DNA from: Deltaproteobacteria bacterium | GTDB lineage: Bacteria > Desulfobacterota > BSN033 > UBA1163 | Assembly: GCA_018333535.1 (NCBI GenBank) | Contig: JAGXTA010000033.1 | Span: 10,626-74,625, forward strand | DNA: 64,000 nucleotides | Direction: 5' to 3' | Part shown: positions 54,176 through 63,908 of the stretch, one piece after another | Layout: every line of letters begins with the position of its first letter | Position numbering within the stretch: the stretch's first letter is position 1 | Position numbers and translations under genes: made by a program | The notes under the pieces: model-generated | Database searches by the model: none | Told to the model about the DNA's origin: nothing | What the model saw: only the letters and a program-made list of their open reading frames with translations

Positions 54176-54691
54176 GTGGCTGTTTTAGAGATTCTCAAAT
54201 ATCCTCATCCTCTATTGAAGAAACGGTGTGAAAAGGTGGACCGGATCGATGGGGAAGTTAAAAAATTGATCCGGGATATGATGGAGACGATGTATCAGGC
54301 GAATGGGGTCGGGCTGGCCGCGTGTCAGGTTGGGGATTCCCGGAGGGTGATTGTCTTGGATGTCAGCCCCATCGATCCGGAAAAGGAATGTTTCGCGATG
54401 GTCAATCCCGAAATCATCTCTGAGGAGGGTGAGATCGAACATGAAGAGGGATGTCTGAGCGTTCCCGACTGTTTGGAAAAGGTGAAGAGAAAGGAGAAGG
54501 TTCTGGTCAGAGGGTTTTCTCCATCGGGAATAGAGATCGAGATTTCAGCCGATGGGATACTGGCCATTGCCATTCAGCACGAAATCGATCACCTCAACGG
54601 AATGCTCATCATCGATCGCATCAGCCGGCTAAAGAGAGAGCTCTACCGGAATAAATTAAGGAAAGAGAAAAAGAAGGAAGAAAAGGATTGA
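54176..54691 (+). CDS. def: peptide deformylase
   Basis: GVGLAACQVG, EGCLSVP and HEIDHLNG motifs. Confidence 0.95.
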   Translation: MAVLEILKYPHPLLKKRCEKVDRIDGEVKKLIRDMMETMYQANGVGLAACQVGDSRRVIVLDVSPIDPEKECFAMVNPEIISEEGEIEHEEGCLSVPDCLEKVKRKEKVLVRGFSPSGIEIEISADGILAIAIQHEIDHLNGMLIIDRISRLKRELYRNKLRKEKKKEEKD

Positions 54692-55632
54692 TCGCATCCC
54701 ACTGGCGCATCGTTTTTTTTGGGACCCCGGCCTTTGCCATTCCTTCCCTTGAGGGGTTATTCCAGGGACCGGATGAGGTGGTGGCGGTGGTGACACAGCC
54801 GGACCGGGAAAGAGGAAGAGGGCAAAAAAGGAGTCCCTCTCCGGTCAAAGAATTTGTGCTTCAGCACGGGGTCGCTTTGCACCAGCCGGAGAAAGTTAAA
54901 GAGAGTTCCTTTCTGGAGACGATGAAAGCTCTTACGCCTGACCTCTTTGTTGTGGTTGCATTCGGTCAGATCTTGCCCAAGCCCCTTCTGGAGATTCCGA
55001 AATTCGGTGCGGTCAATGTCCATGGTTCGCTTCTGCCCATGTATCGAGGAGCGGCTCCCATCGCCTGGGCCATCCTCAGGGGAGAGAAGAAGACCGGTAT
55101 CACCACGATGCTGATGGATGAAGGCATGGATACCGGAGATATCTTGATGCAGGCTGAACTCCCGATAGAGAAGGAGGATACCGGAGAGACCCTTCAGGAA
55201 AAGTTATCCTCTCTGGGTGGTCGATTGCTAATAGAGACAGTGGAAAGGATGAAGGCAGGCGCTCTCTCTCCATTACCACAGAACCATTCCAAAGCCACAT
55301 ATGCTCCTTCCCTGAAGAAGGAAGATGGCCGGATCGATTGGAAGAGGCCAGCAGAAGAGATCGATCTGAAGGTCCGGGCATTCAATCCATGGCCAGGGGC
55401 GTTTACAGGATGGGAGAAGGGTCTGCTAAAAATCTATCGAGGAGAGGTTCGGAAGGGAATCTCACAGGTAGGGGCAGGCTCGATCATCTGGGTGGGCTCT
55501 GATTTTATCGAGGTCGGGACTGGAGAGGGCTCCCTCTTGATCAGAGAAGTTCAACCGGAAGGAAAAAGAAAGATGAGCGTCCGGGATTTTCTTTCCGGTC
55601 ATCGTATCCCTATAGGAACAGTTTTTTTTTAA
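54688..55632 (+). CDS. fmt: methionyl-tRNA formyltransferase
   Basis: RIVFFGTP and NVHGSLLPMYRGAAPI motifs. TTG start overlapping the def stop. Confidence 0.9.
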   Translation: MIASHWRIVFFGTPAFAIPSLEGLFQGPDEVVAVVTQPDRERGRGQKRSPSPVKEFVLQHGVALHQPEKVKESSFLETMKALTPDLFVVVAFGQILPKPLLEIPKFGAVNVHGSLLPMYRGAAPIAWAILRGEKKTGITTMLMDEGMDTGDILMQAELPIEKEDTGETLQEKLSSLGGRLLIETVERMKAGALSPLPQNHSKATYAPSLKKEDGRIDWKRPAEEIDLKVRAFNPWPGAFTGWEKGLLKIYRGEVRKGISQVGAGSIIWVGSDFIEVGTGEGSLLIREVQPEGKRKMSVRDFLSGHRIPIGTVFF

Positions 55633-55640
55633 GAAATGCC

Positions 55641-55775
55641 AAATTTCAAAGTTCAAATGTCAAAGGAATTTTAAATTTCAAATGTTTTTTTGTTAGCATG
55701 GATTTGATTTTTGACATTTGAAATTGATTTTTTTAATGATTGATTTGGATTTTGGACTTTGACATTTGACATTTT
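55641..55775. repeat. CAAATGTCAAA word repeat cluster
   Basis: AAATTTCAAAGTTCAAATGTCAAAGG ... TTTGACATTTGAAATTG ... GGATTTTGGACTTTGACATTTGACATTTT. Confidence 0.6.
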
Positions 55776-56568
55776 CTTCCGAGAGGTTACTTTGGAACCT
55801 ACTCCTAAAAAAAGAATCTTTATCGGACTGCTGGTCCTGACCTGTCTGATTCTCTCTTTTTTCACCTTTCTCCTCTGGTATGTTCCGCTGGTGGGGCTGA
55901 AGAACATTCATTCCGCTTTACCCTCTCTCTATAGCCTCATCCTTGCCATCTTCGTTTTTTTCATGTTCTCCGGCGGGCTTCTCCTTATTTTCACCGTCCT
56001 CCGGGGCAAAGATATTCTCTTCTCCCAGAGACTGAGGGGGATCGTGGCAAAGGTCCTTTTTCCCTTCATGATCCTGATGGGAAAAGTCGTAGGGGTGTCG
56101 AAGGAGAAAGTTCAGCAGTCCTTCATCGAACTGAACAACCACCTCGTCCGGTCAAACCATCACAGGGCAAAGCCTAACCGGCTCCTCCTTCTTCTTCCGC
56201 ATTGCATCCAGGATTTTGACTGCCAGATCAAGATCACAGGGAATATCAAGAACTGCGAAGGGTGCGGGAAGTGCGAGATCAAAGACCTGATCGAGCTGGC
56301 GGACCAGTACCAGGTAAAGATTGCGGTGGCAACCGGAGGGACGCTGGCGAGGAGAATCATCGTAGAAAACAGACCCGAGGCCATTGTAGCAGTGGCCTGT
56401 GAGCTCGATCTGACAAGCGGCATCCAGGATACCTATCCCATCCCGGTCATCGGCATCCTCAACGAGAGGCCTTTTGGCCCCTGTATCAATACCAAGGCTG
56501 ATATTGGAAAAGTGAAAGCAGCCATTTTAGACTTCCTCAAGTCCGAAACCACCCCTTCAATCATTTGA
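55759..56568 (+). CDS. DUF116 protein
   Basis: LLLLPHCIQDFDC...NCEGCGKCEI...ATGGTLARRI...VAVACELDL pattern preceded by TM helices. The true start is uncertain because the first codons lie in a repeat; a TTG at 55792 is possible. Confidence 0.75.
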   Translation: MTFDIFFREVTLEPTPKKRIFIGLLVLTCLILSFFTFLLWYVPLVGLKNIHSALPSLYSLILAIFVFFMFSGGLLLIFTVLRGKDILFSQRLRGIVAKVLFPFMILMGKVVGVSKEKVQQSFIELNNHLVRSNHHRAKPNRLLLLLPHCIQDFDCQIKITGNIKNCEGCGKCEIKDLIELADQYQVKIAVATGGTLARRIIVENRPEAIVAVACELDLTSGIQDTYPIPVIGILNERPFGPCINTKADIGKVKAAILDFLKSETTPSII

Positions 56569-56622
56569 CAAAAGTTCAATCGATTATTATACTTTTCAGG
56601 AAAAAGGAGGTTTCCATAAGCA

Positions 56623-57480
56623 ATGAACTATTTTAAGACATTCCTTTTAATGCTCGTACTAACCGGTCTTTTCATTATTGTGGGTTCTGCCATTGGTGGA
56701 AAGAACGGGGCCGTCATTGCCTTTGTCTTTGCCGCGCTGATGAACTTTGTTGCCTACTGGTTTAGCGATAAGATCGTGCTCAAGATGTATGGAGCGAAGG
56801 AGGTCTCCCAGTCAGAGGCTTCTGATCTTTACCGGATCGTCGCAGAATTGACGAGCAAGGCCTCCATGCCGATGCCAAAGGTCTATATCATGGAGAACGA
56901 TACGCCCAATGCCTTTGCCACAGGCCGAAACCCCGATCATGCCGCTGTGGCGGTGACCACCGGTCTGATGCGAATCCTCTCAAAAGATGAGTTAACAGGC
57001 GTGATTGGCCACGAGCTCTCCCATATCAAACATCGGGATATCCTCATCAGCACGATTGCCGCAACCCTTGCCGGAGCGATCAGCATGCTCGCCTCCATGG
57101 CGCGCTGGGGAGCGATCTTCGGCGGGGGACGATCTGACGGTGAAGGCAGGGGCGGAGGAAACATTGTCTTCGTTCTTATCACTACGATGGTCGCCTCTAT
57201 TGCCGCCATGCTGATCCAGATGGCGATATCCAGGTCGAGAGAATATTTAGCTGACGCAGGCGGAGCCCACCTCAGCCATCCTCTCTCGCTTTCAAAAGCC
57301 CTTGGCAAGCTTCACATGGCGGCCCGCCGGATTCCAATGGAGGCCAATCCATCGACTGCCCATATGTTCATCGTCAATCCATTAAGCGGAGGAGGAGTTC
57401 TCTCCCTGTTCAGCACGCATCCTCCGATTGAAGAGCGAGTCGCCAGGCTTGAAGAGATGGCAAGGACAGGCAGGTTTTGA
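56623..57480 (+). CDS. htpX: protease HtpX homologue (M48)
   Basis: [10 protein letters not shown] zinc motif, four TM helices and [15 protein letters not shown] upstream. Confidence 0.9.
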   Translation: MNYFKTFLLMLVLTGLFIIVGSAIGGKNGAVIAFVFAALMNFVAYWFSDKIVLKMYGAKEVSQSEASDLYRIVAELTSKASMPMPKVYIMENDTPNAFATGRNPDHAAVAVTTGLMRILSKDELTGVIGHELSHIKHRDILISTIAATLAGAISMLASMARWGAIFGGGRSDGEGRGGGNIVFVLITTMVASIAAMLIQMAISRSREYLADAGGAHLSHPLSLSKALGKLHMAARRIPMEANPSTAHMFIVNPLSGGGVLSLFSTHPPIEERVARLEEMARTGRF

Positions 57481-58856
57481 GAAGGAAATCTCCGAGGGCG
57501 ATCTGTCTTCAGATTCTGAATCAACTAGAAAAGGCGGGTGGCCATACCGATCGTCTCTTAAGCGATTCCTTCAAAAGATACCGGCATCTCACTCCTCTCG
57601 ATCGAGCCTTTCTCACAGAATTGACCTATGGAGTCCTCCGATGGAGGGAGAAACTTGACTGGTCCATCCGTCATCTCTTAAATATCCCATTCGAAAAGAT
57701 CGAGATGGAGACGCTCAACATCCTCCGTCTCGGACTCTACCAGATCGAGTTTTTGACCCGGACCCCGGCCTCGGCCGCAGTGAATGAATCGGTCGAGTTA
57801 GCCAAAAGGCACCGAGGTTCGGGGGGAGGCGGGTTTGTCAATGCCATCCTCCGCTCTTTTCTCCGTAAGAAGGAAGAGATACCCTATCCTGAAATCGATC
57901 AAGACCCGGCCCTTCATCTCTCAGTCATCCATTCCCATCCCCTCTGGTTGGTCCAACGGTGGATCAAAGAGATGGGAATTGAAGAGACCTTGGATGCCTG
58001 CGTATTCAATAACCGGATTTCTCCGCTCACCCTCCGGACGAATACCTTAAAGATGGGCAGGGAAGAACTGATTGAGAAGCTGGGAAAAAAGGGATTGAAG
58101 GGGATCCCAGCCTCTTTTTCATCGGAAGGAATCCGGCTGGAAGATCCTCCCCCTACCTCTGAGTTGCCCTTTCTCAACGATGGCTTTTTCATCATTCAGG
58201 ATGAAGCATCTCAACTGGTCACCTCTGTTCTGGATCCAAAAGCAGGGGAGAAAATCCTGGATGGTTGCGCCTCGCCCGGAGGAAAGACGACGCACATGGC
58301 TCAAAAGATGGAAAATAAGGGAGAGATTTATGCCCTGGACCTCACACGAGATAAGCTGGTCTTCATTGAAGAGATGTGCCGGAGATTGGGGATAGAAATT
58401 GTGAAAACATGGAAGGGAGATGCAACCCAATTTCTTCCTGGTTTAGAGGGAATAACATTTGATCGCGTCCTCGCAGATGTTCCCTGCTCCGGCTTTGGAA
58501 CGCTCCGGAAGAACCCGGATTTGAAGTGGAGAAAGGGAGAGGGAGATATAAAACGATTGAGTGACCTGCAGTTGGAAATTTTAACTCATCTCTCAGGACA
58601 TGTGAAAAAAGGAGGCGTTCTTGTCTACAGCACCTGCACGGTCTTTCGCGAGGAGAACGAGGATGTGGTGGAAAAGTTTTTAGAGGGACATCCGGAATTC
58701 CAATTGGATCGAATGGATCATGTAGCGTCGGCATTTACTGCCGACGGTAAATCTGAAGGAATCCACTCATTTATCCAGAGCGGATACATCAAAACCTTCC
58801 CCCCAAAGGATGGAATGGATGGTTTTTTTGTAGCCAGGCTGATTAAAAAAGATTAG
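57477..58856 (+). CDS. rsmB: 16S rRNA (cytosine967-C5)-methyltransferase
   Basis: NusB-like N-terminal domain, then [25 protein letters not shown] and YSTCT motifs. Confidence 0.9.
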   Translation: MRRKSPRAICLQILNQLEKAGGHTDRLLSDSFKRYRHLTPLDRAFLTELTYGVLRWREKLDWSIRHLLNIPFEKIEMETLNILRLGLYQIEFLTRTPASAAVNESVELAKRHRGSGGGGFVNAILRSFLRKKEEIPYPEIDQDPALHLSVIHSHPLWLVQRWIKEMGIEETLDACVFNNRISPLTLRTNTLKMGREELIEKLGKKGLKGIPASFSSEGIRLEDPPPTSELPFLNDGFFIIQDEASQLVTSVLDPKAGEKILDGCASPGGKTTHMAQKMENKGEIYALDLTRDKLVFIEEMCRRLGIEIVKTWKGDATQFLPGLEGITFDRVLADVPCSGFGTLRKNPDLKWRKGEGDIKRLSDLQLEILTHLSGHVKKGGVLVYSTCTVFREENEDVVEKFLEGHPEFQLDRMDHVASAFTADGKSEGIHSFIQSGYIKTFPPKDGMDGFFVARLIKKD

Positions 58857-58977
58857 GGAGATCGGGTGATTGGGAGATGGGGAGAGAGAAATTTATTGAA
58901 TTAACCCTTTGACTCGATTATGATTGCCCAAACACTTACTAATCAGTCCATAATTGTATAGACACTCACCTTGCTTT

Positions 58978-59042
58978 GTCATTCCTGGCTTGACCAGGAA
59001 TCCAGTCTTTTTCCCTGGATTCCCGCCTCCGCGGGAATGACG
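58978..59042. repeat. double hairpin repeat (CATTCCTGG..CCAGGAATC and GGATTCCCGC..GCGGGAATG)
   Basis: Seen directly. It is the same hairpin type as at 22845-22870 and 29344-29372. Confidence 0.6.
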
Positions 59043-59111
59043 ATATGTCTTGTCAATTATGGATTCCTCAGTAAGCTGTTCACCAGAGAATAGGAAATTC
59101 GAGGTATCCAT

Positions 59112-59765
59112 ATGAAGAAGATAGCGCCTTCGATTCTATCTGCCGATTTCAGCCGACTCGGTGAAGAGGTCAGGGCAGTTGAAAAGGCTGGGGCAGATCT
59201 CATCCATGTCGATGTGATGGATGGACATTTTGTCCCCAATATTACCATCGGGCCTCTAGTGGTGACTGGTTTGAGGAAACTGACTTCTCTTCCCCTGGAT
59301 GTCCACCTGATGATCGAAGAACCCGGACGATATATCGAGGCTTTTGCGCAGGCGGGGTCCACCTGGATCACGATTCATGCCGAAGTCTGCCGCAACCTGA
59401 GGCAGATGGTGAAAAAGATTCGACAGTTGAATGTGAGGCCAGGGGTTGTGCTCAATCCTGCGACCCCTCTGAGGAGGCTCTCTCCTGTTCTCGATGAGAT
59501 TGACCTCGTCCTTTTGATGTCTGTCAATCCGGGGTTCGGAGGGCAGGCCTTTATCCCGGAGGTTCTAAAAAAGGTTGAACAGTTGAGAAAAACGATCGAC
59601 AGGAATCGCTATCCCGTAGAGATCGAGGTGGACGGAGGCGTCAAGCTTGAGAATATCGGAGAGGTTTCCAGGGCGGGCGGAGACATCTTCGTGCTGGGAA
59701 CAGGAATCTTCAAGACTACAAGCTACAGAGAGACCATCCGGAAATTGAGAAGGGAGATATTGTGA
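59112..59765 (+). CDS. rpe: ribulose-phosphate 3-epimerase
   Basis: IAPSILSADF, HVDVMDGHFVPN and MSVNPGFGGQ motifs. Confidence 0.95.
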   Translation: MKKIAPSILSADFSRLGEEVRAVEKAGADLIHVDVMDGHFVPNITIGPLVVTGLRKLTSLPLDVHLMIEEPGRYIEAFAQAGSTWITIHAEVCRNLRQMVKKIRQLNVRPGVVLNPATPLRRLSPVLDEIDLVLLMSVNPGFGGQAFIPEVLKKVEQLRKTIDRNRYPVEIEVDGGVKLENIGEVSRAGGDIFVLGTGIFKTTSYRETIRKLRREIL

Positions 59766-60634
59766 AAAAGATTATTGCCATAGCCACCTTTTTGATTTTA
59801 ATTCTCATTTCCGCCACGGGTTTTGCACAGGAGGATAAGATCGTCCGGGTCGCCATTGAAACCGCACGCAGCCATATGCGCATCCCGAAGGAGATGGAAG
59901 TGAGGTTTGTCGAGAAGAAGAAGAGCCCCCTCGCAGGTTTCTACTCCGTGAAGATACTGGTTCTAACTCCCGACAGGGAGATGCCTGTCATCGTCTACGT
60001 GGATGAAGCCGGTGAAAAGGTCATCCTGGGGCCCCTCATTATCAAGGGCGAGAATGTGGCGGTCAAGGAAGCGGGAGAAGCAAAACCCCGGAAATTTGAT
60101 ATGAATCAATTTGAGATCGAAAAATCCGCCATCCGGGGGAATCCGGGAGCAAAGGTGACGATCGTCGAATTTTCAAATTTCTGGTGTTCCTACTGCCAGG
60201 TCTCATGGGCAAAGATGGAAAAGATGCTGGAAAACCATCCCCAGACGATCCGGTATATCTTTAAACACTTCCCCCTTAAGTCTCTCCAGGGGTCCTTTGA
60301 ACTTTCCGAGATTGCTGCCTCAGCCCAGGTTCTGGGTGGTGAAGCCTTCTGGATGATCCACGACTTTTTCTTCTCCCCTGAAGGCCAGATGATCATCAGG
60401 GAAGATGTAAGTGTTGTCATCAGAAAGGTTGAAGAGATTCTGAGGGAGAGAGGTTTTGATGTGAAAGCTTTTCAGTCGGCGATGGAAAAGGGGATGGGGA
60501 AAAGAAGGGTGATGGAGGACATCGCTGTCGGGAATAGGGTTCCAGTTATGGGAACGCCCTCTCTCATTGTCAATGGCGATTTTATCAGCGGAGAGTTCAA
60601 CGACCAGGTGCTGGAACGGTATCTGAGAAAGTAG
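59762..60634 (+). CDS. periplasmic thioredoxin-fold thiol:disulfide oxidoreductase (DsbA/DsbG-like)
   Basis: Signal peptide MKKIIAIATFLILILISATGFA and active site FWCSYCQ. GTG start overlapping the rpe stop. Confidence 0.75.
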   Translation: MKKIIAIATFLILILISATGFAQEDKIVRVAIETARSHMRIPKEMEVRFVEKKKSPLAGFYSVKILVLTPDREMPVIVYVDEAGEKVILGPLIIKGENVAVKEAGEAKPRKFDMNQFEIEKSAIRGNPGAKVTIVEFSNFWCSYCQVSWAKMEKMLENHPQTIRYIFKHFPLKSLQGSFELSEIAASAQVLGGEAFWMIHDFFFSPEGQMIIREDVSVVIRKVEEILRERGFDVKAFQSAMEKGMGKRRVMEDIAVGNRVPVMGTPSLIVNGDFISGEFNDQVLERYLRK

Positions 60635-60901
60635 AAACAAATCCCCCATTTTCGGTCTTTCTATAAATAATTACAACCAGTTAGGACTGCCTAATCATTA
60701 AGCAAAATGACCTGGGCCGTTACTGTCAAGAAGGGGAGCATCTTATTCCACAACCATTCCACAGAGATTGTGGATTTCGAAAAAAAACTTTTGAAAATAT
60801 TTTTTTAACCCGGAAAATCTGCTGTGATAGGCATGCAATTTGCCCGTTTTAGAAATACATGTGTTCTCTCAATAAAGATCGATGGAGAGAGGTGAAGATC
60901 G

Positions 60902-61053
60902 ATGGATGTTAAAAATATTTATGAACGATTTATCTGGTTTGACAATCAGGTAAAGGCAAAAAAATATCCTAACACCACTCCCTGCGGAGACATTTGAACT
61001 TTCGAGAGGATGTTGAAAATCTACTGAATGGATATGTTATAATTCGATACAGG
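60902..61053 (+). pseudogene. decayed N-terminal HTH remnant of a YafY/WYL-type regulator (tentative)
   Basis: MDVKNIYERFIWFDNQVKAKKYPNTT, then a stop. A -1 frame continues LPAETFELSRG, and a further frame gives REDVENLLNGYVIIRY. Together they mimic the usual ...YPN..LAE.FEVS.RT...D...L...I.Y.. start of such regulators. There is no downstream domain. Confidence 0.35.
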
Positions 61054-61944
61054 ATGGGCAAAAAACTCGATCGGCGCAGTTTTTTAAAGAAATCCGCAGT
61101 CCTTGTCACAACCCTGACCACTTCGTCCTTCCACGGCGGGTCATTATTTGCTCAGGAACGTCCGGATATTGCGGTGGTCGAGGGTGAAAACCCTGCGGCC
61201 CAGGTTCGCATGGCGGTTCAATCCCTCGGAAGCATCACCTCTTTTGTCCGGCGGGGGGATAAGGTTGTCATTCTGCCAAATGCAGAATGGCGTTATCCCG
61301 GAGCTGTCGTGAACCCTGCCATCGGTATTGAAGTCGCCCGCCTCTGTTCAGAGGCAGGGGCGGCCTCGATCACGATTACGACGAACTACGGAATCGGCCG
61401 ATGGGGACCTGCGGTCGGAAGAGAACTTGAGGACATAGGAGCAAAATTCAAGACCCCTGTCCATCCGAAGGACTACATCACTGTTCCTGTACCCGACCCA
61501 AGAGTTAGAAAGGAAGTCACCCTCCTGAAAGAGGCTCTGGAACACGATGTCCTGATCGACATCCCTGTCTTTAAGGATCACTACGGCACCCGCATCAGCG
61601 GAAGCATCAAAAACCTCATGGGATTTAACTGGGATAGCATTTCGTTCCACCAGGGAGGGGCCTTTCTCCACCAGGCAATTGCTGACCTGGCCTCCGTCAT
61701 CCGTCCCCATCTCTGCGTGGTCGATGCAACAACGATTCTCACGGAGAACGGGCCGGGCGGTCCTGGAAGAATCAGCCGGCCTAAGAAGGTTTATGCCGGA
61801 ACGGACATGGTTGCCCTCGATGCGATCTGTTGTTCATTGCTCAACCTGAAGCCTTCCGATGTCCCTCACATCATGCACCTGAACGCCTCCGGAAAAGGGC
61901 AGGCCGATCTATCCAAAAAACGAATCATCAAGGTCAAACTGTAA
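61054..61944 (+). CDS. DUF362 protein with twin-arginine (Tat) signal
   Basis: Start at MGKKLDRRSFLKKSAVLVTTL (Tat-type RR motif). VVILPN and VVDATTILTENGPGGPG are DUF362 blocks; 296 aa. Confidence 0.8.
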   Translation: MGKKLDRRSFLKKSAVLVTTLTTSSFHGGSLFAQERPDIAVVEGENPAAQVRMAVQSLGSITSFVRRGDKVVILPNAEWRYPGAVVNPAIGIEVARLCSEAGAASITITTNYGIGRWGPAVGRELEDIGAKFKTPVHPKDYITVPVPDPRVRKEVTLLKEALEHDVLIDIPVFKDHYGTRISGSIKNLMGFNWDSISFHQGGAFLHQAIADLASVIRPHLCVVDATTILTENGPGGPGRISRPKKVYAGTDMVALDAICCSLLNLKPSDVPHIMHLNASGKGQADLSKKRIIKVKL

Positions 61945-62628
61945 ACCCCGACAGAAGAAGCGGAACTTTGCCCCCTCCTCACTTTTCCCCCTAACTTATT
62001 CTTTCCTTTGAACTTCTCCTATAGATGCGATCTCATTTATAAGAGAAGTTGTTGTTTGGGGCGGTTGACTGAATTTTTCAGTCAAAAACTTTGGGTTATA
62101 CACGGTTTCCACTTCTCACCATTTTCCTTATTGTCCTCTTAATCCTTAGAAACATTTTTAAAACATAGGACACTTCCTGGGGTAGGTCATGCTTTAGAGT
62201 GTAGAAGGTGGATGGTGGAGTGTGGATGAGATGGGAAAATAATGAGGAAAAGAAAGTATTGAATCCTTTCGGCACAATGAATAAAATAAAGGCCAACTTA
62301 TTCCTGGAGGAGAACAGCAGTTTCCAGACGCCTCATGGTCTACGTTAATATTCAGGGATTGTCATAATTTTCTGTTTTTGGTATATGTAGTGAAACTCAG
62401 GATGGGGGGATATTTGTTTTTTGGCCTAACACCTTACCTGCCCGACGAAGCCTTGGCGAAGGAGAGCGCCTCACGGTAAGAAAGGAGTGGATGAGATTTC
62501 TGAAAGGAAAAATAAGTGAAAGAATTGAACTACGTCCCCCGGATTTGAGCGATTGAAAGGGGAGAGTGGGTTCAATTCAAATTTCAAGGCCTGACACCGG
62601 ACCTTCTCGATCTTAAGACGGTATAACT

Positions 62629-63776
62629 ATGAAAGAAGAGAGGATGGTTCTTTTTGAGCAAATACGAACCCTGGTGGAACAGGCGCGGGGACGTGCCGCA
62701 CGCGCCGTGAATCAGACCATGGTCGAAACTTACTGGCATATCGGTCGCCTGATCGTGGAGGAAGAGCAAGGCGGCGAAGGTCGGGCGGTTTACGGCGCAA
62801 GGCTTATTCCCGAGCTGTCTCGGCGGTTGACACTGGAATATGGCAAGGGTTTCGATGAATCCAACCTCCGTAACATGAGGCGGTTCTATTTGGCCTTCCC
62901 TCAGCAGATTCAAGACGCAGTGCGTCTTGAATCTACGTTATCCACCTCAAAACGGGACGCAGTGCGTGCCGAATCTAAGGAGGTGCCAAACTCTACGATT
63001 TCAAAAGAGAAATCATCCGTTCCGGCAACAAGCTTTCTTCATCATGGACTGAGCTGGACCCATTATCGCTTGTTGTTACGGGTAGAAAATCTCAATGCCC
63101 GTGACTGGTATATGCGGGAGGCCGCAGAGGCGGATTGGAGTTCGCGAGCACTGGAAAGGCAGATAAGTTCCCACTATTATGAACGCCTCCTTGCCAGCCG
63201 AGATCGTGAAGCGGTCCAGGCAGAGGCACGCACAATCTCTTCCGAGACTGCCTTACGGCCTGCTGATACCCTTAAAGATCCCTATGTTTTCGAGTTTCTG
63301 GGGTTGCCATCTCAAACCTTTCTGGAAAAGGATCTGGAAAAAGCCCTTCTGGATAACCTCCAACAGTTCCTCCTCGAACTGGGGCGGGGTTTCAGCTTTG
63401 TTGGCCGACAATACCGGGTAAGCACCGAGACCATAGATTTTTTGTGGATCTGGTTTTTTACCATTTCCGCTTGAAGTGTTTCATTCTAATTGACCTGAAA
63501 ACCGGCAATCTGACGCACCAGGACATCGGTCAGATGGATATGTATGTCCGGCTCTTCGATGATCGGATTCGACAGGGAAATGACAACCCGACTATCGGGC
63601 TTATTCTGTGTTCCCAGAAGGATAAAACTATTGTCCACTATTCGATACTCAAGGGAAGTGAACAGCTCTTTGCATCCGAATACCGCCTCTACCTGCCTAG
63701 TGAAGAAGAATTGAAATCTGAACTGGACCGCGAACGGGCGATGCTGCTTGAAACCCGCAGAGGTGATAATACCTAA
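62629..63776 (+). pseudogene. YhcG/DUF1016 PD-(D/E)XK nuclease-family gene split by a frameshift
   Basis: The N-terminal ORF (62629-63474) carries VNQTMVETYWHIGRLI...YG..LIPELS...GKGFDESNLRNMRRFY. The C-terminal ORF (63444-63776) carries DLVFYHFRLKCFILIDLKTG...NPTIGLILC. The two join in frame if the T6 run at 63438-63443 were T7. Confidence 0.8.
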
Positions 63777-63790
63777 ACGACTTTAAAGCT

Positions 63791-63860
63791 ATGTTGAAAC
63801 TTCAATTTGATCCTAACCAGCGATATCAGCTCGATGCTATCGAGGCCATTTCGCGACTCA
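63791..63860 (+). pseudogene. possible N-terminal remnant of a Res/DEAD-box restriction helicase (tentative)
   Basis: MLKLQFDPNQRYQLDAIEAISRL resembles the conserved start of COG3587-type restriction helicases. Similarity is lost after about 23 codons, at a 14-bp palindrome. Confidence 0.3.
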
Positions 63861-63878
63861 CGGCCGTGAGCTGTAATA

Positions 63879-63908
63879 TTGATAATTTTGTCATTTTTTT
63901 GGTATATT
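63879..63908 (+). promoter_or_regulatory. possible sigma70-type promoter at the window edge
   Basis: TTGATA, 18-nt spacer, TATATT, about 28 nt upstream of an ATG at 63937 that opens an ORF running off the window. Confidence 0.25.

Noticed and set aside
62560-62590. tRNA-like T-arm string GGGTTCAATTC
   Set aside because: The flanking bases cannot form a T stem, and there is no acceptor stem, anticodon arm or CCA context.
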